From positions 22,374-86,373 of the forward strand of contig VGZR01000004.1 of the NCBI GenBank assembly GCA_016872515.1: DNA of 64,000 nt, given 5' to 3'. Below, piece by piece: positions 1-8,021 of the stretch. The notes under the pieces were generated by a model, which did no database searches, was not told where the DNA came from, and saw nothing but the letters and a program-made list of their open reading frames with translations. Every line of letters begins with the position of its first letter. Position 1 is the first letter of the stretch. Position numbers and translations under genes: made by a program. This DNA comes from SAR202 cluster bacterium. GTDB taxonomy: Bacteria; Chloroflexota; Dehalococcoidia; Lucifugimonadales; VGZR01.

Positions 1-1
1 C

Positions 2-2362
2 GTCGTCCTCCAGAAGCGCTACCTGCGCCGTAACGCCAATGGCGAGGTGTACGAGACCCCGGAGGGCATGCTCCGCAGGGTGGCCCACGCCATCGCGCAG
101 CCCGAGTTCCTCCACGGCACCGAGGCCGAGGCCAAAGAGGCCGAGGAGCAGTTCTACGGCATCATGGCCTCCCTCGACTTCGTCCCAAACTCCCCTACCC
201 TCATGAACGCCGGCACCGGCGCGGGCACCCTCTCCGCCTGCTTCGTCATCGGCCTCGATGACAGCATGGAGGGCATCATGACCACCGCCAAAGAGGCCGC
301 AATGGTCCAGAAGTTCGGCGGCGGCACCGGCTTCGCCCTCTCCGGCATCCGCCCCAAGGGCGCAGCCATCGCCACCACCCACGGCAAGGCCTGCGGCCCC
401 ATCGCCGTCCTGCGCCACCTCTCCTCCGTCTCCACCCTCGTCACCCAGGGCGGCAAGCGCGACGGCGCCAACATGGCCGTCATGGACGTCCACCACCCCG
501 ACATCGAAGAGTTCATCACCTGCAAGCACGTCGAGGGCCAGATCCACAACTTCAACATCTCCGTCGGCGCCTCCGACGAGTTCATGCAGGCCGTCCGCGA
601 CGGCAGCAGCTACGAACTGCGCGAGCCGCGCACCGGCCAAGTCACCGGCCACCTCGACGCCCGCACGGTCTTCAAGAAGATCGTCGAGGGCGCTTGGCGC
701 AACGGCGAGCCCGGCATGATATTCCTCGACGCCGTCAACCGCGACAACCCGACCCTCCACATCGGCCGTATGACCGCCACCAACCCTTGCGGCGAGCAGC
801 CCCTCCTCCCCTACGAGTCCTGCAACCTCGGCTCTATCAACCTCGCCCACTTCATCACCGAGAAGGACGTGAGCTGGGACCGCCTCCGCGAGACCACCCG
901 CATCACCGTCCGCTTCCTCGACAACGTGATAGACGCCAACGCCTACTCGGTGGACAAGATCGAGCGGATGACCAAGGCCACCCGCAAGATCGGCCTCGGC
1001 ATCATGGGCTTCGCCGACATGCTCATGGCCCTCCGCATCCCCTACGACTCCGAAGAGGGCGTCGAACTCGGCCGCAAGGTCATGAAATTCATCCGGGCCG
1101 AGTCCGACAAGATGTCCTCCGAGCTGGCCGAGACCCGCGGGGTCTTCCCCGCCTTCAAGGGCAGCAAGTACGACGCCCCCTGCATGCCCAAGATGCGCAA
1201 CGCCTGCCGCCTCACCGTCGCGCCCACCGGCACCATCTCCATGATCGCCGGCTGCTCCAGCGGCTGCGAGCCCGCCTTCGCCCTCTCCTATCACAAGCAC
1301 AACATCCTCGGCGGCGAAAGCCTCATCTACGTGGACAAGACCTTCGAGAAGGCCGCCCGCGACGGCGGCTTCTACAGCGAAGCGCTCATGCGCTACCTCG
1401 CCGACGGCGGCTCCATCCAGGACCGCCCCGACGTCCCCGCCTGGGCCAAGCGTGTCTTCGTCACCGCCTCCGACATCTCCCCCGAGTGGCACGTCCGCAT
1501 GCAGGCCGCCTTCCAGGAGAGCGTGGACTCCGGCATTTCTAAGACCATCAACTTCCCCAACAGCGCCACCGCCGAGGACGTCCGCACCGCCTACATGCTC
1601 GCCTGGGAGCTCGGCTGCAAGGGCATCACCGTCTATCGCGCGGGCAGCCGCGAGAAAGAGGTCCTCACCGCCGGCACCAAGGGCAAGCCCAAGGCCGAAG
1701 CACCGTTTGCCGCGCACCCCGAGGTCGTCGAGGAGCCTTCGTCCAAGGGACGCGAGCCCGTGGCCGCCGGCGCCCGCCACAACCTCCTCCCACGCCAGCG
1801 GCCCGGCATCGTCAGCGGCATTACCGAGCGCGTCCGCACCGGCCACGGGAATATGTACGTCACCATCAACTTTGACGAGGCCGGCCACCCCTTCGAAGTC
1901 TTCTCCACCCTCGGCAAGGCCGGTGGCTGCGACTCCGCCCAGCTCGAGGCCATCTCCCGCCTCATCTCCCTCGCCCTCCGCTCCGGCGTGGACGCCGCGC
2001 AGATCGTCGAGCAGCTCCGCGGCATCACCTGCGACCCCGTCTGGGAGGCCGGCACGCTCGTCCGCTCCGCCCCCGACGCCGTCGCCCTCATCATCAGCCG
2101 CCACCTCGAGAACCAGGGCCGCACCCTGCCCGCCGCCGCAGACCCCAAGGCCGTCACCGCCGGCGACGCTGCCGCGCAGCTCGGCCTCTTCCCCTCCAAC
2201 GCAGCCCCGCTCCTCCAACCGAAAGCCATCTCCAACGGCACCCATGACGCTGCCTTGGCCCCCAGGCCGTCCGGCGCCCGTTGTCCAGACTGCTCCGGCT
2301 ACCTGGTCGCCCAGGAAGGCTGCCTGCGCTGCCCGGACTGCGGCTACAGCAAGTGCGAGTAA
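2..2362 (+). CDS. nrdJ: Adenosylcobalamin-dependent (class II) ribonucleotide reductase, 5' end cut by window edge
   Basis: The frame is open from nt 2 (VVLQKRYLRRNANGEVYETPEG...). Class II RNR motifs are present (NPCGEQPL, VAPTGTIS), with a C-terminal Cys-rich tail CPDCSG...CLRCPDCGYSKCE. Stop is TAA at 2360-2362. Confidence 0.9.
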   Translation, partial: VVLQKRYLRRNANGEVYETPEGMLRRVAHAIAQPEFLHGTEAEAKEAEEQFYGIMASLDFVPNSPTLMNAGTGAGTLSACFVIGLDDSMEGIMTTAKEAAMVQKFGGGTGFALSGIRPKGAAIATTHGKACGPIAVLRHLSSVSTLVTQGGKRDGANMAVMDVHHPDIEEFITCKHVEGQIHNFNISVGASDEFMQAVRDGSSYELREPRTGQVTGHLDARTVFKKIVEGAWRNGEPGMIFLDAVNRDNPTLHIGRMTATNPCGEQPLLPYESCNLGSINLAHFITEKDVSWDRLRETTRITVRFLDNVIDANAYSVDKIERMTKATRKIGLGIMGFADMLMALRIPYDSEEGVELGRKVMKFIRAESDKMSSELAETRGVFPAFKGSKYDAPCMPKMRNACRLTVAPTGTISMIAGCSSGCEPAFALSYHKHNILGGESLIYVDKTFEKAARDGGFYSEALMRYLADGGSIQDRPDVPAWAKRVFVTASDISPEWHVRMQAAFQESVDSGISKTINFPNSATAEDVRTAYMLAWELGCKGITVYRAGSREKEVLTAGTKGKPKAEAPFAAHPEVVEEPSSKGREPVAAGARHNLLPRQRPGIVSGITERVRTGHGNMYVTINFDEAGHPFEVFSTLGKAGGCDSAQLEAISRLISLALRSGVDAAQIVEQLRGITCDPVWEAGTLVRSAPDAVALIISRHLENQGRTLPAAADPKAVTAGDAAAQLGLFPSNAAPLLQPKAISNGTHDAALAPRPSGARCPDCSGYLVAQEGCLRCPDCGYSKCE

Positions 2363-2382
2363 GCGAGACTTTGGAGGTAAGG

Positions 2383-2430
2383 ATGCCAGCGAAAAAGGCC
2401 GCCAAGAAGACCACCGCCAAGAAGAAGTAA
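2383..2430 (+). CDS. 15-codon Lys/Ala-rich micro-ORF (MPAKKAAKKTTAKKK)
   Basis: ATG at 2383 is preceded by GGAGG (2373-2377) at ideal spacing. Stop is TAA at 2428-2430. There is no homology evidence. Confidence 0.3.
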   Translation: MPAKKAAKKTTAKKK

Positions 2431-2570
2431 CCTGACCCACAGGGAGGACCGAAGGGGGCGCCTCCCGGTGTAATCACCCCAGCCTCTCTCAAACGCGGAG
2501 CGGCAGGGGTCTGGTGAAAGCAGTTGCCGCAGACAGGCACGCGGAGCCGATGTCGGAGTAGGCGTTCCCG

Positions 2571-2600
2571 CGAAGGGCCCCGAAAGCTCGGGGCCCTTCG
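2571..2600 (+). terminator. Terminator-like GC-rich hairpin after nrdJ and the micro-ORF
   Basis: A 13-bp stem (cgaagggccccga / tcggggcccttcg) with a 4-nt loop. The tail is only weakly T-rich (tcttcc). Confidence 0.4.
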
Positions 2601-2646
2601 TCTTCCAGGCTATGCCGGGGTATAATGCCCCAGATTGACCAGAAAT

Positions 2647-2710
2647 CCTCCTCTCCCCTTGAGGGAGAGGCCTATGGCCCCGACCGGTCGGGGCCATAGG
2701 GTGAGGGGTA
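2647..2710. repeat. Composite REP-like intergenic repeat, copy A
   Basis: cctctcccc-ttga-gggagagg, then cctatggcccc-gaccggtc-ggggccatagg, then gtgaggggta. The same architecture recurs at 7616-7750 and 62706-62768. Confidence 0.7.
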
Positions 2711-2725
2711 GAGCGCGAGGCAGAT

Positions 2726-3736
2726 TTGACCACGAAACCCATCATCGCCGTCACCATGGGCGACCCAGCCGGCGTCGGCCCCGAGGTCGTCGCCAAGGCC
2801 ATCGTGGACAAGGCCGTCCACGCCCGCTGCCGCCCCTTCGTCGTCGGCAGCGCCGCCGCGCTCGACGCCGCCCTCCGCATCACCGGCTCCAGGGCCAAGA
2901 CCCGCGCCGCCCACTCCTTCGATGACCTGAACTGGGACAACGGCGCCGTCCCCGTCCTCGTCCTCGACCTCGAAAACCTCGACTTCGGCCGCATCGCCGT
3001 CGGCAAGGTCTCCGCCGAAGCGGGCAAGGCCTCCGTCGAGTGGGTGCTCAAGACGGGCGAGCTCGCCGCCGCGGGCAAGATCGCCGCCATCACCACCGCG
3101 CCCATCAACAAGGAGGCGTGCAGCCTCGCGGGCTACAAAGACATCGGCCACATGGAGATTTTCCAGAAGCAGACCGGCGCCACCCACGTCGCCACCATGC
3201 TCGTCGCCGACTCCCTCCGCGTCGTCCACCTCACCACCCACAAGTCGCTGCGCCACGCCCCCGACTACGTCACCAAGGCCAACGTCCTTGCCAAACTCCA
3301 GCTCACCGACGGCCACTTCAAACGCTGGGGCTTCCCCAAGCCGCGCATCGGCGTCGCCGCCCTCAACCCCCACGCCAGCGACGGCGGCCTGCTCGGCAAC
3401 GAGGAAGCCCAGCAACTCACGCCGGCCGTCCAGGAAGCCCGCGCCCTCGGCATCGAGGCCACCGGCCCCGTTCCATCCGACACCCTCTTCCCCCTCGCCA
3501 TCGCGGGCCGCTACGACGTCGTCCTCGCCATGTACCACGACCAGGGACACATCCCCGTCAAGGTCCACAACTGGGCCAAGAGCATCGCCGTCAACCTCGG
3601 CCTCCCCTTCATCCGCACCTCCGTGGACCACGGCACCGCCTTCGACATCGCCGGCAAGGGCCTCGCCGACCACCAGAGCATGCTCGAAGCCCTCCGCGTC
3701 GCATCCCTCCTCGCCTCCGAAAGCCGCCTCGCATGA
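2726..3736 (+). CDS. pdxA: 4-hydroxythreonine-4-phosphate dehydrogenase family (PdxA/PdxA2)
   Basis: N-terminus reads KPIIAVTMGDPAGVGPEV. Also present: TTAPINKEA, HMEIF, and LNPHASDGG...YHDQGHIP. TTG start at 2726. Confidence 0.85.
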   Translation: MTTKPIIAVTMGDPAGVGPEVVAKAIVDKAVHARCRPFVVGSAAALDAALRITGSRAKTRAAHSFDDLNWDNGAVPVLVLDLENLDFGRIAVGKVSAEAGKASVEWVLKTGELAAAGKIAAITTAPINKEACSLAGYKDIGHMEIFQKQTGATHVATMLVADSLRVVHLTTHKSLRHAPDYVTKANVLAKLQLTDGHFKRWGFPKPRIGVAALNPHASDGGLLGNEEAQQLTPAVQEARALGIEATGPVPSDTLFPLAIAGRYDVVLAMYHDQGHIPVKVHNWAKSIAVNLGLPFIRTSVDHGTAFDIAGKGLADHQSMLEALRVASLLASESRLA

Positions 3737-3764
3737 GCAGCACAGCACTCGCGGCGGCGCAGAG

Positions 3765-3900
3765 GGCCCTCACCCCTTCACCCCGAGTTGTCGGGGCGAA
3801 GTCCCTCTCCCCTGGCGGGGAAAGGGGTCATACTACCCCTCCCCCGCTCTGCGGGGGAGGGCCTACGATGCCGAGGCGGCATCGTAGGGGTGAGGGTGAG
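3765..3900. repeat. Mosaic of four successive hairpins ending in the REP-like tail
   Basis: cttcacccc/ggggcgaag; ccctctcccc/ggggaaagggg; cccctccccc/gggggaggg; cctacgatgcc-gagg-cggcatcgtagg; then ggtgagggtgag. It lies in the pdxA-proC spacer. Confidence 0.55.
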
Positions 3901-3946
3901 ACAATCGTGTGAACACACGCATCCCTAGGACAAAACGCGGCCAACC

Positions 3947-4753
3947 ATGAAAATCACGTTCATCGGCGGCGGCATCATGGGCGAGGCCCTCATCGCCGGC
4001 CTCCTCCGTGCCAAGCTCGCCGCCCCCGCCGACATCGCCGTCAGCGAGCCCGTGGACACGCGCCGCAGCCTCCTCGTCCAGAAGTACGGCGTCCGCGCCG
4101 ACCTCCTCGCGCGCAGCGTCGTCCCCGGCGCAAACCTCGTCGTCCTCTCCGTCAAGCCCCAGAACCTCGGCGACCTCATGCCCGACCTCGCCAAGCTGCT
4201 CCAGCCCGGCCAGGCCGTCGTCTCCATCATCGCCGGCGCCCGCATCGAGACCCTCGCCAAGGGCCTCGGCACCAGCGCCATCGTCCGCGTTATGCCCAAC
4301 ACCCCCGCGCAGATCGGTGCCGGCATGACCGTCTGGACTGCCACCCCCTCCGTCCCCCGCGACCAGGTCAACGCCACCCGCGACATGCTCCGCACCCTCG
4401 GCGAGGAGGCCTACGTCACCGACGAGAAGCTCATAGACATGGCCACCGCCCTCAGCGCCAGCGGCCCCGCCTACGTCTTCCTCTTCATCGAAAGCCTCAT
4501 AGACGCGGGCGTCCACCTCGGCATGTCCCGCGACATGGCCCGCAGGCTCGTCCTCCAGACCGTCCTCGGCAGTGCCCAGATGGTCAAAGAGACCGGCCGC
4601 CACCCCGCCGAGATGCGCGACATGGTCACCTCCCCCGGCGGCACCACCGCCGAGGCCCTCCTGGCACTCGAACGCGCGGGCTTCCGCCGCGCCATCCTCG
4701 ACGCCGTCATCGCCGCCTACGAAAAGTCCAAGCGCCTCGGGGAACAAAAGTGA
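3947..4753 (+). CDS. proC: Pyrroline-5-carboxylate reductase
   Basis: MKITFIGGGIMGEALIAGL is the NAD(P) fold. Also VMPNTPAQIGAGMT and SPGGTTAEAL. Confidence 0.9.
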   Translation: MKITFIGGGIMGEALIAGLLRAKLAAPADIAVSEPVDTRRSLLVQKYGVRADLLARSVVPGANLVVLSVKPQNLGDLMPDLAKLLQPGQAVVSIIAGARIETLAKGLGTSAIVRVMPNTPAQIGAGMTVWTATPSVPRDQVNATRDMLRTLGEEAYVTDEKLIDMATALSASGPAYVFLFIESLIDAGVHLGMSRDMARRLVLQTVLGSAQMVKETGRHPAEMRDMVTSPGGTTAEALLALERAGFRRAILDAVIAAYEKSKRLGEQK

Positions 4754-4781
4754 GTCCCATCACCGCCTTCCTCAACCCTTT

Positions 4782-5056
4782 CAGTGTCATCCCGATCGGA
4801 GGGAGGGATCGGCTCCTGCTGACCCTAAAGACCCGTCGTACCGCTCAACGAAAAGCCCGTCATTGTCATTCTGAGGCGTCCGCTGCAGCGGACGACCGAA
4901 GAATAGGCTATGTGCAGGAGACGTACTCCGCCAAAAGTGAGAAACTTCAGCCAGGAAATCTTATTCTTCGGCCCGTTGCGACGGGCCTCAGAATGACAAA
5001 GGAATGCCCTTTCTCAGCTCGATATCCATGCTCGCCTTTTCGTTGGGATGACACTG
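4782..5056. mobile_element. MITE-like non-coding element with 12-bp perfect terminal inverted repeats
   Basis: cagtgtcatccc (4782-4793) pairs with gggatgacactg (5045-5056). Nested internal inverted repeats are present (gtcattctgaggc / gcctcagaatgac; ccgaagaata / tattcttcgg). GC is lower than the flanks and there is no credible ORF. Confidence 0.55.
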
Positions 5057-5084
5057 TTCAGGCAAAGCGCCTCGGAGACTCTCA

Positions 5085-5342
5085 GTGAACTTCTTCGCCA
5101 ACTTCCTCAACATCCTCACCTGGGTGCTCATTATCGCCATCTTCGCCCGGAGCCTCCTCTCATGGGTCGTCCGCGACCCGGCCAACCCCTTCATGGGTTT
5201 CCTCATCAGCATCACCGAGCCCATCCTCGCCCCACTCCGCCGCATCCTCCCCACCTTCGGCATGATAGACCTCTCCCCCACCGTCGCCCTCGTCATCCTC
5301 TTCATCATCCAGCAGTTCGTCGTGCGGGCGCTCCGTGGCTGA
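5085..5342 (+). CDS. yggT: YggT family membrane protein
   Basis: 85 aa with two or three hydrophobic helices. FARSLLSW...P...EPILAPLRRILP is typical of YggT/Ycf19. GTG start. Confidence 0.8.
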   Translation: MNFFANFLNILTWVLIIAIFARSLLSWVVRDPANPFMGFLISITEPILAPLRRILPTFGMIDLSPTVALVILFIIQQFVVRALRG

Positions 5343-5390
5343 CCCACAGAAAAAGGGAGTGGGGGCCTGTCCTGAGCAGCCTTCCGAAGC

Positions 5391-5410
5391 CCTGCCCTGA
5401 GCCTGTCGAA
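5391..5410. repeat. 20-nt motif cctgccctgagcctgtcgaa (exact inverted copy at 46321-46340)
   Basis: Exact 20/20 reverse-complement match between two intergenic sites. A looser relative (ctggcctgtcgaaggg) is at 57980-57995. Confidence 0.6.
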
Positions 5411-5585
5411 GGGGAATCGCCATCATCATCCTCGTCCTCCTCCACCGCCTCCTGGTGCCGGCGCTGGCGTAAGACGCGCAACGCCCGCCCCTCGCGCCTA
5501 AGCTTGCGGCCCCATCACTACGAGAGTATGATCGCCCCCATCGCCCTTGAAGAGATACCATTACCTCTAAGTAGAGGTCTTCTTC

Positions 5586-7319
5586 ATGGCCACCAATCCA
5601 GCCCAAACCGATCAATGGGAACCAATCCAGCCTGAAGTCGATCAACGTGCGGACTTTCTCGAAATCGTGCACGATTTCGGAGACCCGCTCGAACTGCTGA
5701 GAGAAGCAATCTCCAATGCTATCGACCACAAAGCGTCATGGATAAGGATTGATGCCGATGTGCGCCAGGTCGACGGGCTGTCTCGACTAGTGGTCAGGCT
5801 TTTCGACAATGGCACTGGAGTTTCCACTCCTGCCCTAAAGAAAGCCTTCTGGGGCCTCGGCTATTCGACCTCACGGGAAGTGAAGGAAGCGATCGGCGAA
5901 AAGGGCCACGGGACAAAAATATACCTTCGCTCAGAGAAGGTTGTCGTTCGAACGAGGAACAAGGATGCGTCCTACGAATCGGTTTGCGAACAACCTCTGC
6001 GCGACCTCTCCAACAATCGCATGCACAAGCCCATGCTACGGACGATCCCACCGCCATTCGACCACACCGGCACAGAGATAACCATCACTGGATACGCCGA
6101 CAACGAGCGGTCACGATGGATCCAACGTGTCGCCAAGGATTACATTCAGTGGTTCACAAAGGTCGGATCCTTCGAGGCTCTCATTGGAATCAGCACTCTT
6201 GCAGAATTCGAAGTGCATCTTAAATGCATAGACAAAGACGAGTATGAAGTAATCAAATTCGGACATCCATTTCCAGACGTCAATGACGACATCAAGAAGT
6301 TATTTGACAAACATAGTGCAAACGCTGCCGACTGGTATGTCAAGAGACATATTTGGAAGAACCAGCGGCTGGTCGAACATCCTGAAGTGACATTCGATGC
6401 TGTGATATCTGTCGAAGGCGATCTTGTCAAACGCGATATTAATCCTATGCTAGGCGATCGGAAACTTGCTGCAACCGGCAGATATCGGGCCAGCGACAGA
6501 TACGGAATCTGGCTGTGCAAGGACTTCATACCAGTTACACGAGTCAACGACTGGATCTCTGGATTCGGTTCAGGTTCCAACGCATTCGTGTTGTTACATG
6601 GATTTGTGAATTGCCAGTCTCTGAGCTTGACCGCCAATCGTGGTGATGTGGCGAATACAGACCCTAAAGTGATGGATGAGCTCCGCACGCATGTACAGAA
6701 ACTGATCGACAATGTGGACGAGGAACTAGCTAATCAAGGCTTCTACACTCTCATAGAATGGCGACAAGAGCTAAGAACATTAGGGCAGGAGAAGAAGGAG
6801 TTTGAACGGAGAGTAAAGTTCATCAAGAAGAGGAAATTGGCTGAGCTGGAAGGCCGGAAGCTGCTAGAGCCAACGAATGAAGCGGAACTTGCGGCACTAC
6901 TGATGACACTTGTTTCATTGAAGCCGGACTTATTTGATTTTGAGCCGCTCGACTATAATGCTAATCGAGGCATCGACCTAATCGCAAGGAACAAGAAAGC
7001 CAATCTGATCACAGAATCAGAATTCTCCTATATAGAATTAAAGCACACTCTCCAGACAAAGCGATTCAATCATGCCTTTGACTATATCCGCTGGATCGTA
7101 TGCTGGGATCTTGCGAATGACGATCTTGTCGGGGCTGAGTTCGTTGGTATCGAGGACCCTGACATCCGGACCCTCCGCAAAGAGCGGGATCCACAAGAAG
7201 GGAACATCTACTACCTAGAGGCGAAAAAGAAGGCGTCCCGGGTACAGGTGATACGGTTGCGGGAGTTCCTGGAATCCAAGTTGGGACTTACCTTCTCAAG
7301 CAAGGCTCCTATTAGTTAG
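5586..7319 (+). CDS. GHKL-superfamily (HSP90/MutL/MORC-like) ATPase with a PD-(D/E)xK-like C-terminal region
   Basis: Bergerat-fold motifs are ELLREAISNAIDH, FDNGTG and GEKGHGTK. The C-terminus has RGIDLIAR...SYIELKHT (D...E-x-K pattern). GC is markedly lower than in neighbouring genes. Confidence 0.7.
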   Translation: MATNPAQTDQWEPIQPEVDQRADFLEIVHDFGDPLELLREAISNAIDHKASWIRIDADVRQVDGLSRLVVRLFDNGTGVSTPALKKAFWGLGYSTSREVKEAIGEKGHGTKIYLRSEKVVVRTRNKDASYESVCEQPLRDLSNNRMHKPMLRTIPPPFDHTGTEITITGYADNERSRWIQRVAKDYIQWFTKVGSFEALIGISTLAEFEVHLKCIDKDEYEVIKFGHPFPDVNDDIKKLFDKHSANAADWYVKRHIWKNQRLVEHPEVTFDAVISVEGDLVKRDINPMLGDRKLAATGRYRASDRYGIWLCKDFIPVTRVNDWISGFGSGSNAFVLLHGFVNCQSLSLTANRGDVANTDPKVMDELRTHVQKLIDNVDEELANQGFYTLIEWRQELRTLGQEKKEFERRVKFIKKRKLAELEGRKLLEPTNEAELAALLMTLVSLKPDLFDFEPLDYNANRGIDLIARNKKANLITESEFSYIELKHTLQTKRFNHAFDYIRWIVCWDLANDDLVGAEFVGIEDPDIRTLRKERDPQEGNIYYLEAKKKASRVQVIRLREFLESKLGLTFSSKAPIS

Positions 7320-7357
7320 GTCCGTCCGCCGAAACCTAAGCTTGCCCTCCTATCCGC

Positions 7358-7585
7358 TCACCCTTCCACTCTTAGCACCTTGTTGCGCGAGGTGTGGCCG
7401 CGCACGATGCTGATGCTGGACTTGGGCACGCCCAGGTGCTCGGCCACGAGCGCGATGACCGCCGCGTTGGCCTTCCCGCCCTCCGGCGGCGCAGTCACAT
7501 AGACCTTCATCCGGCCGGAGGCGTCCACCTCCACGGCGTTCCGTCCCGCCCTCGGCTGCACCCGCACCTCCATCGTCCTCGCCAT
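7358..7585 (-). CDS. yggU: DUF167 (YggU-like) protein
   Basis: MARTMEVRVQPRAGRNAVEV...VYVTAPPEGGKANAAVIALVAEHLGVPKSSISIVRGHTSRNKVLRVEG. Start chosen at the internal Met (7585), because the 7624 start would lie inside a repeat. Confidence 0.75.
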   Translation of the reverse strand: MARTMEVRVQPRAGRNAVEVDASGRMKVYVTAPPEGGKANAAVIALVAEHLGVPKSSISIVRGHTSRNKVLRVEG

Positions 7586-7615
7586 CTCTTCTTCCTCAGT
7601 CCGGCCTCGAACAAC

Positions 7616-7750
7616 ACCCCTCACCCTATGGCCCGCGCCTGACGCGGGGCCATAGGCCTCTCCCGCAAGGGGAGAGGGAGCCCTAAAACCTCCTCTCCCT
7701 CGACGGGAGAGGCCTTTGCTCCTGACTCAGGAGCAAAGGGTGAGGGTGAA
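7616..7750. repeat. Two head-to-head REP-like copies (7616-7680 inverted; 7689-7750 forward)
   Basis: 7616-7680 matches the reverse complement of copy A in the flanking motifs and stems. 7689-7750 has cctctccc-tcgac-gggagagg, then cctttgctcc-tgactc-aggagcaaagg, then gtgagggtga. Confidence 0.7.
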
Positions 7751-7771
7751 TATTAGGCACCATGCCCCAGC

Positions 7772-7855
7772 CTATGGCACGTAGTACATCCCCAGCACCA
7801 GCTGCCCGTCCTGGCGCACCTCGTCCAGCCGCCCGCCAGGCTCCAGCGCCTGCGC
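7772..7855 (-). pseudogene. Duplicated 3'-terminal fragment (last ~27 codons plus stop) of the glycosyltransferase gene at 8022-9590
   Basis: About 84 nt align with 8022-8105 with 5 mismatches. The fragment translates to ...AQALEPGGRLDEVRQDGQLVLGMYYVP*, compared with ...AQALEPGGRLDEVRRDGQLVLGMYYVP* in the gene. Confidence 0.7.
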
Positions 7856-8021
7856 CGACGCCAGCCGGGGGCCTCCTCCCCCTTGAGAGCCTGTCCTTGA
7901 GCGCAGCGAAGGAGGGGAGGACTGAGGTGGGGATGATGCTTGCCCCCGCCGCCCAGTTCACCCCCATTCTGCGCCTTCCCCCCTCGAAGGGGGAAGGGAG
8001 TTTCCAACGCCTCTCCCTGCC
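7856..8021. repeat. Hairpin-rich insert separating the duplicated gene end from the intact gene
   Basis: Contains ccttccccc-ctcgaa-gggggaagg and an imperfect cctcctccccc...ggaggggagg hairpin, related in style to the REP-like family. Confidence 0.4.

Noticed and set aside
2672-3748. 358-aa minus-strand ORF antisense to pdxA. Similar long antisense or off-frame ORFs occur at 3863-4747(-), 15516-16652(-), 17670-19688(+), 24213-25361(-), 50535-52127(-), 54867-55988(-) and 61543-63477(+).
   Set aside because: These are Gly/Ala/Arg/Asp-rich low-complexity translations of the type that arises opposite real genes in ~70% GC DNA. Each fully overlaps a gene with clear family motifs.
4750-5088. 112-aa ORF across the proC-yggT spacer.
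   Set aside because: It coincides with the nested-palindrome MITE-like element. It has no SD and no family resemblance, and its composition is atypical.
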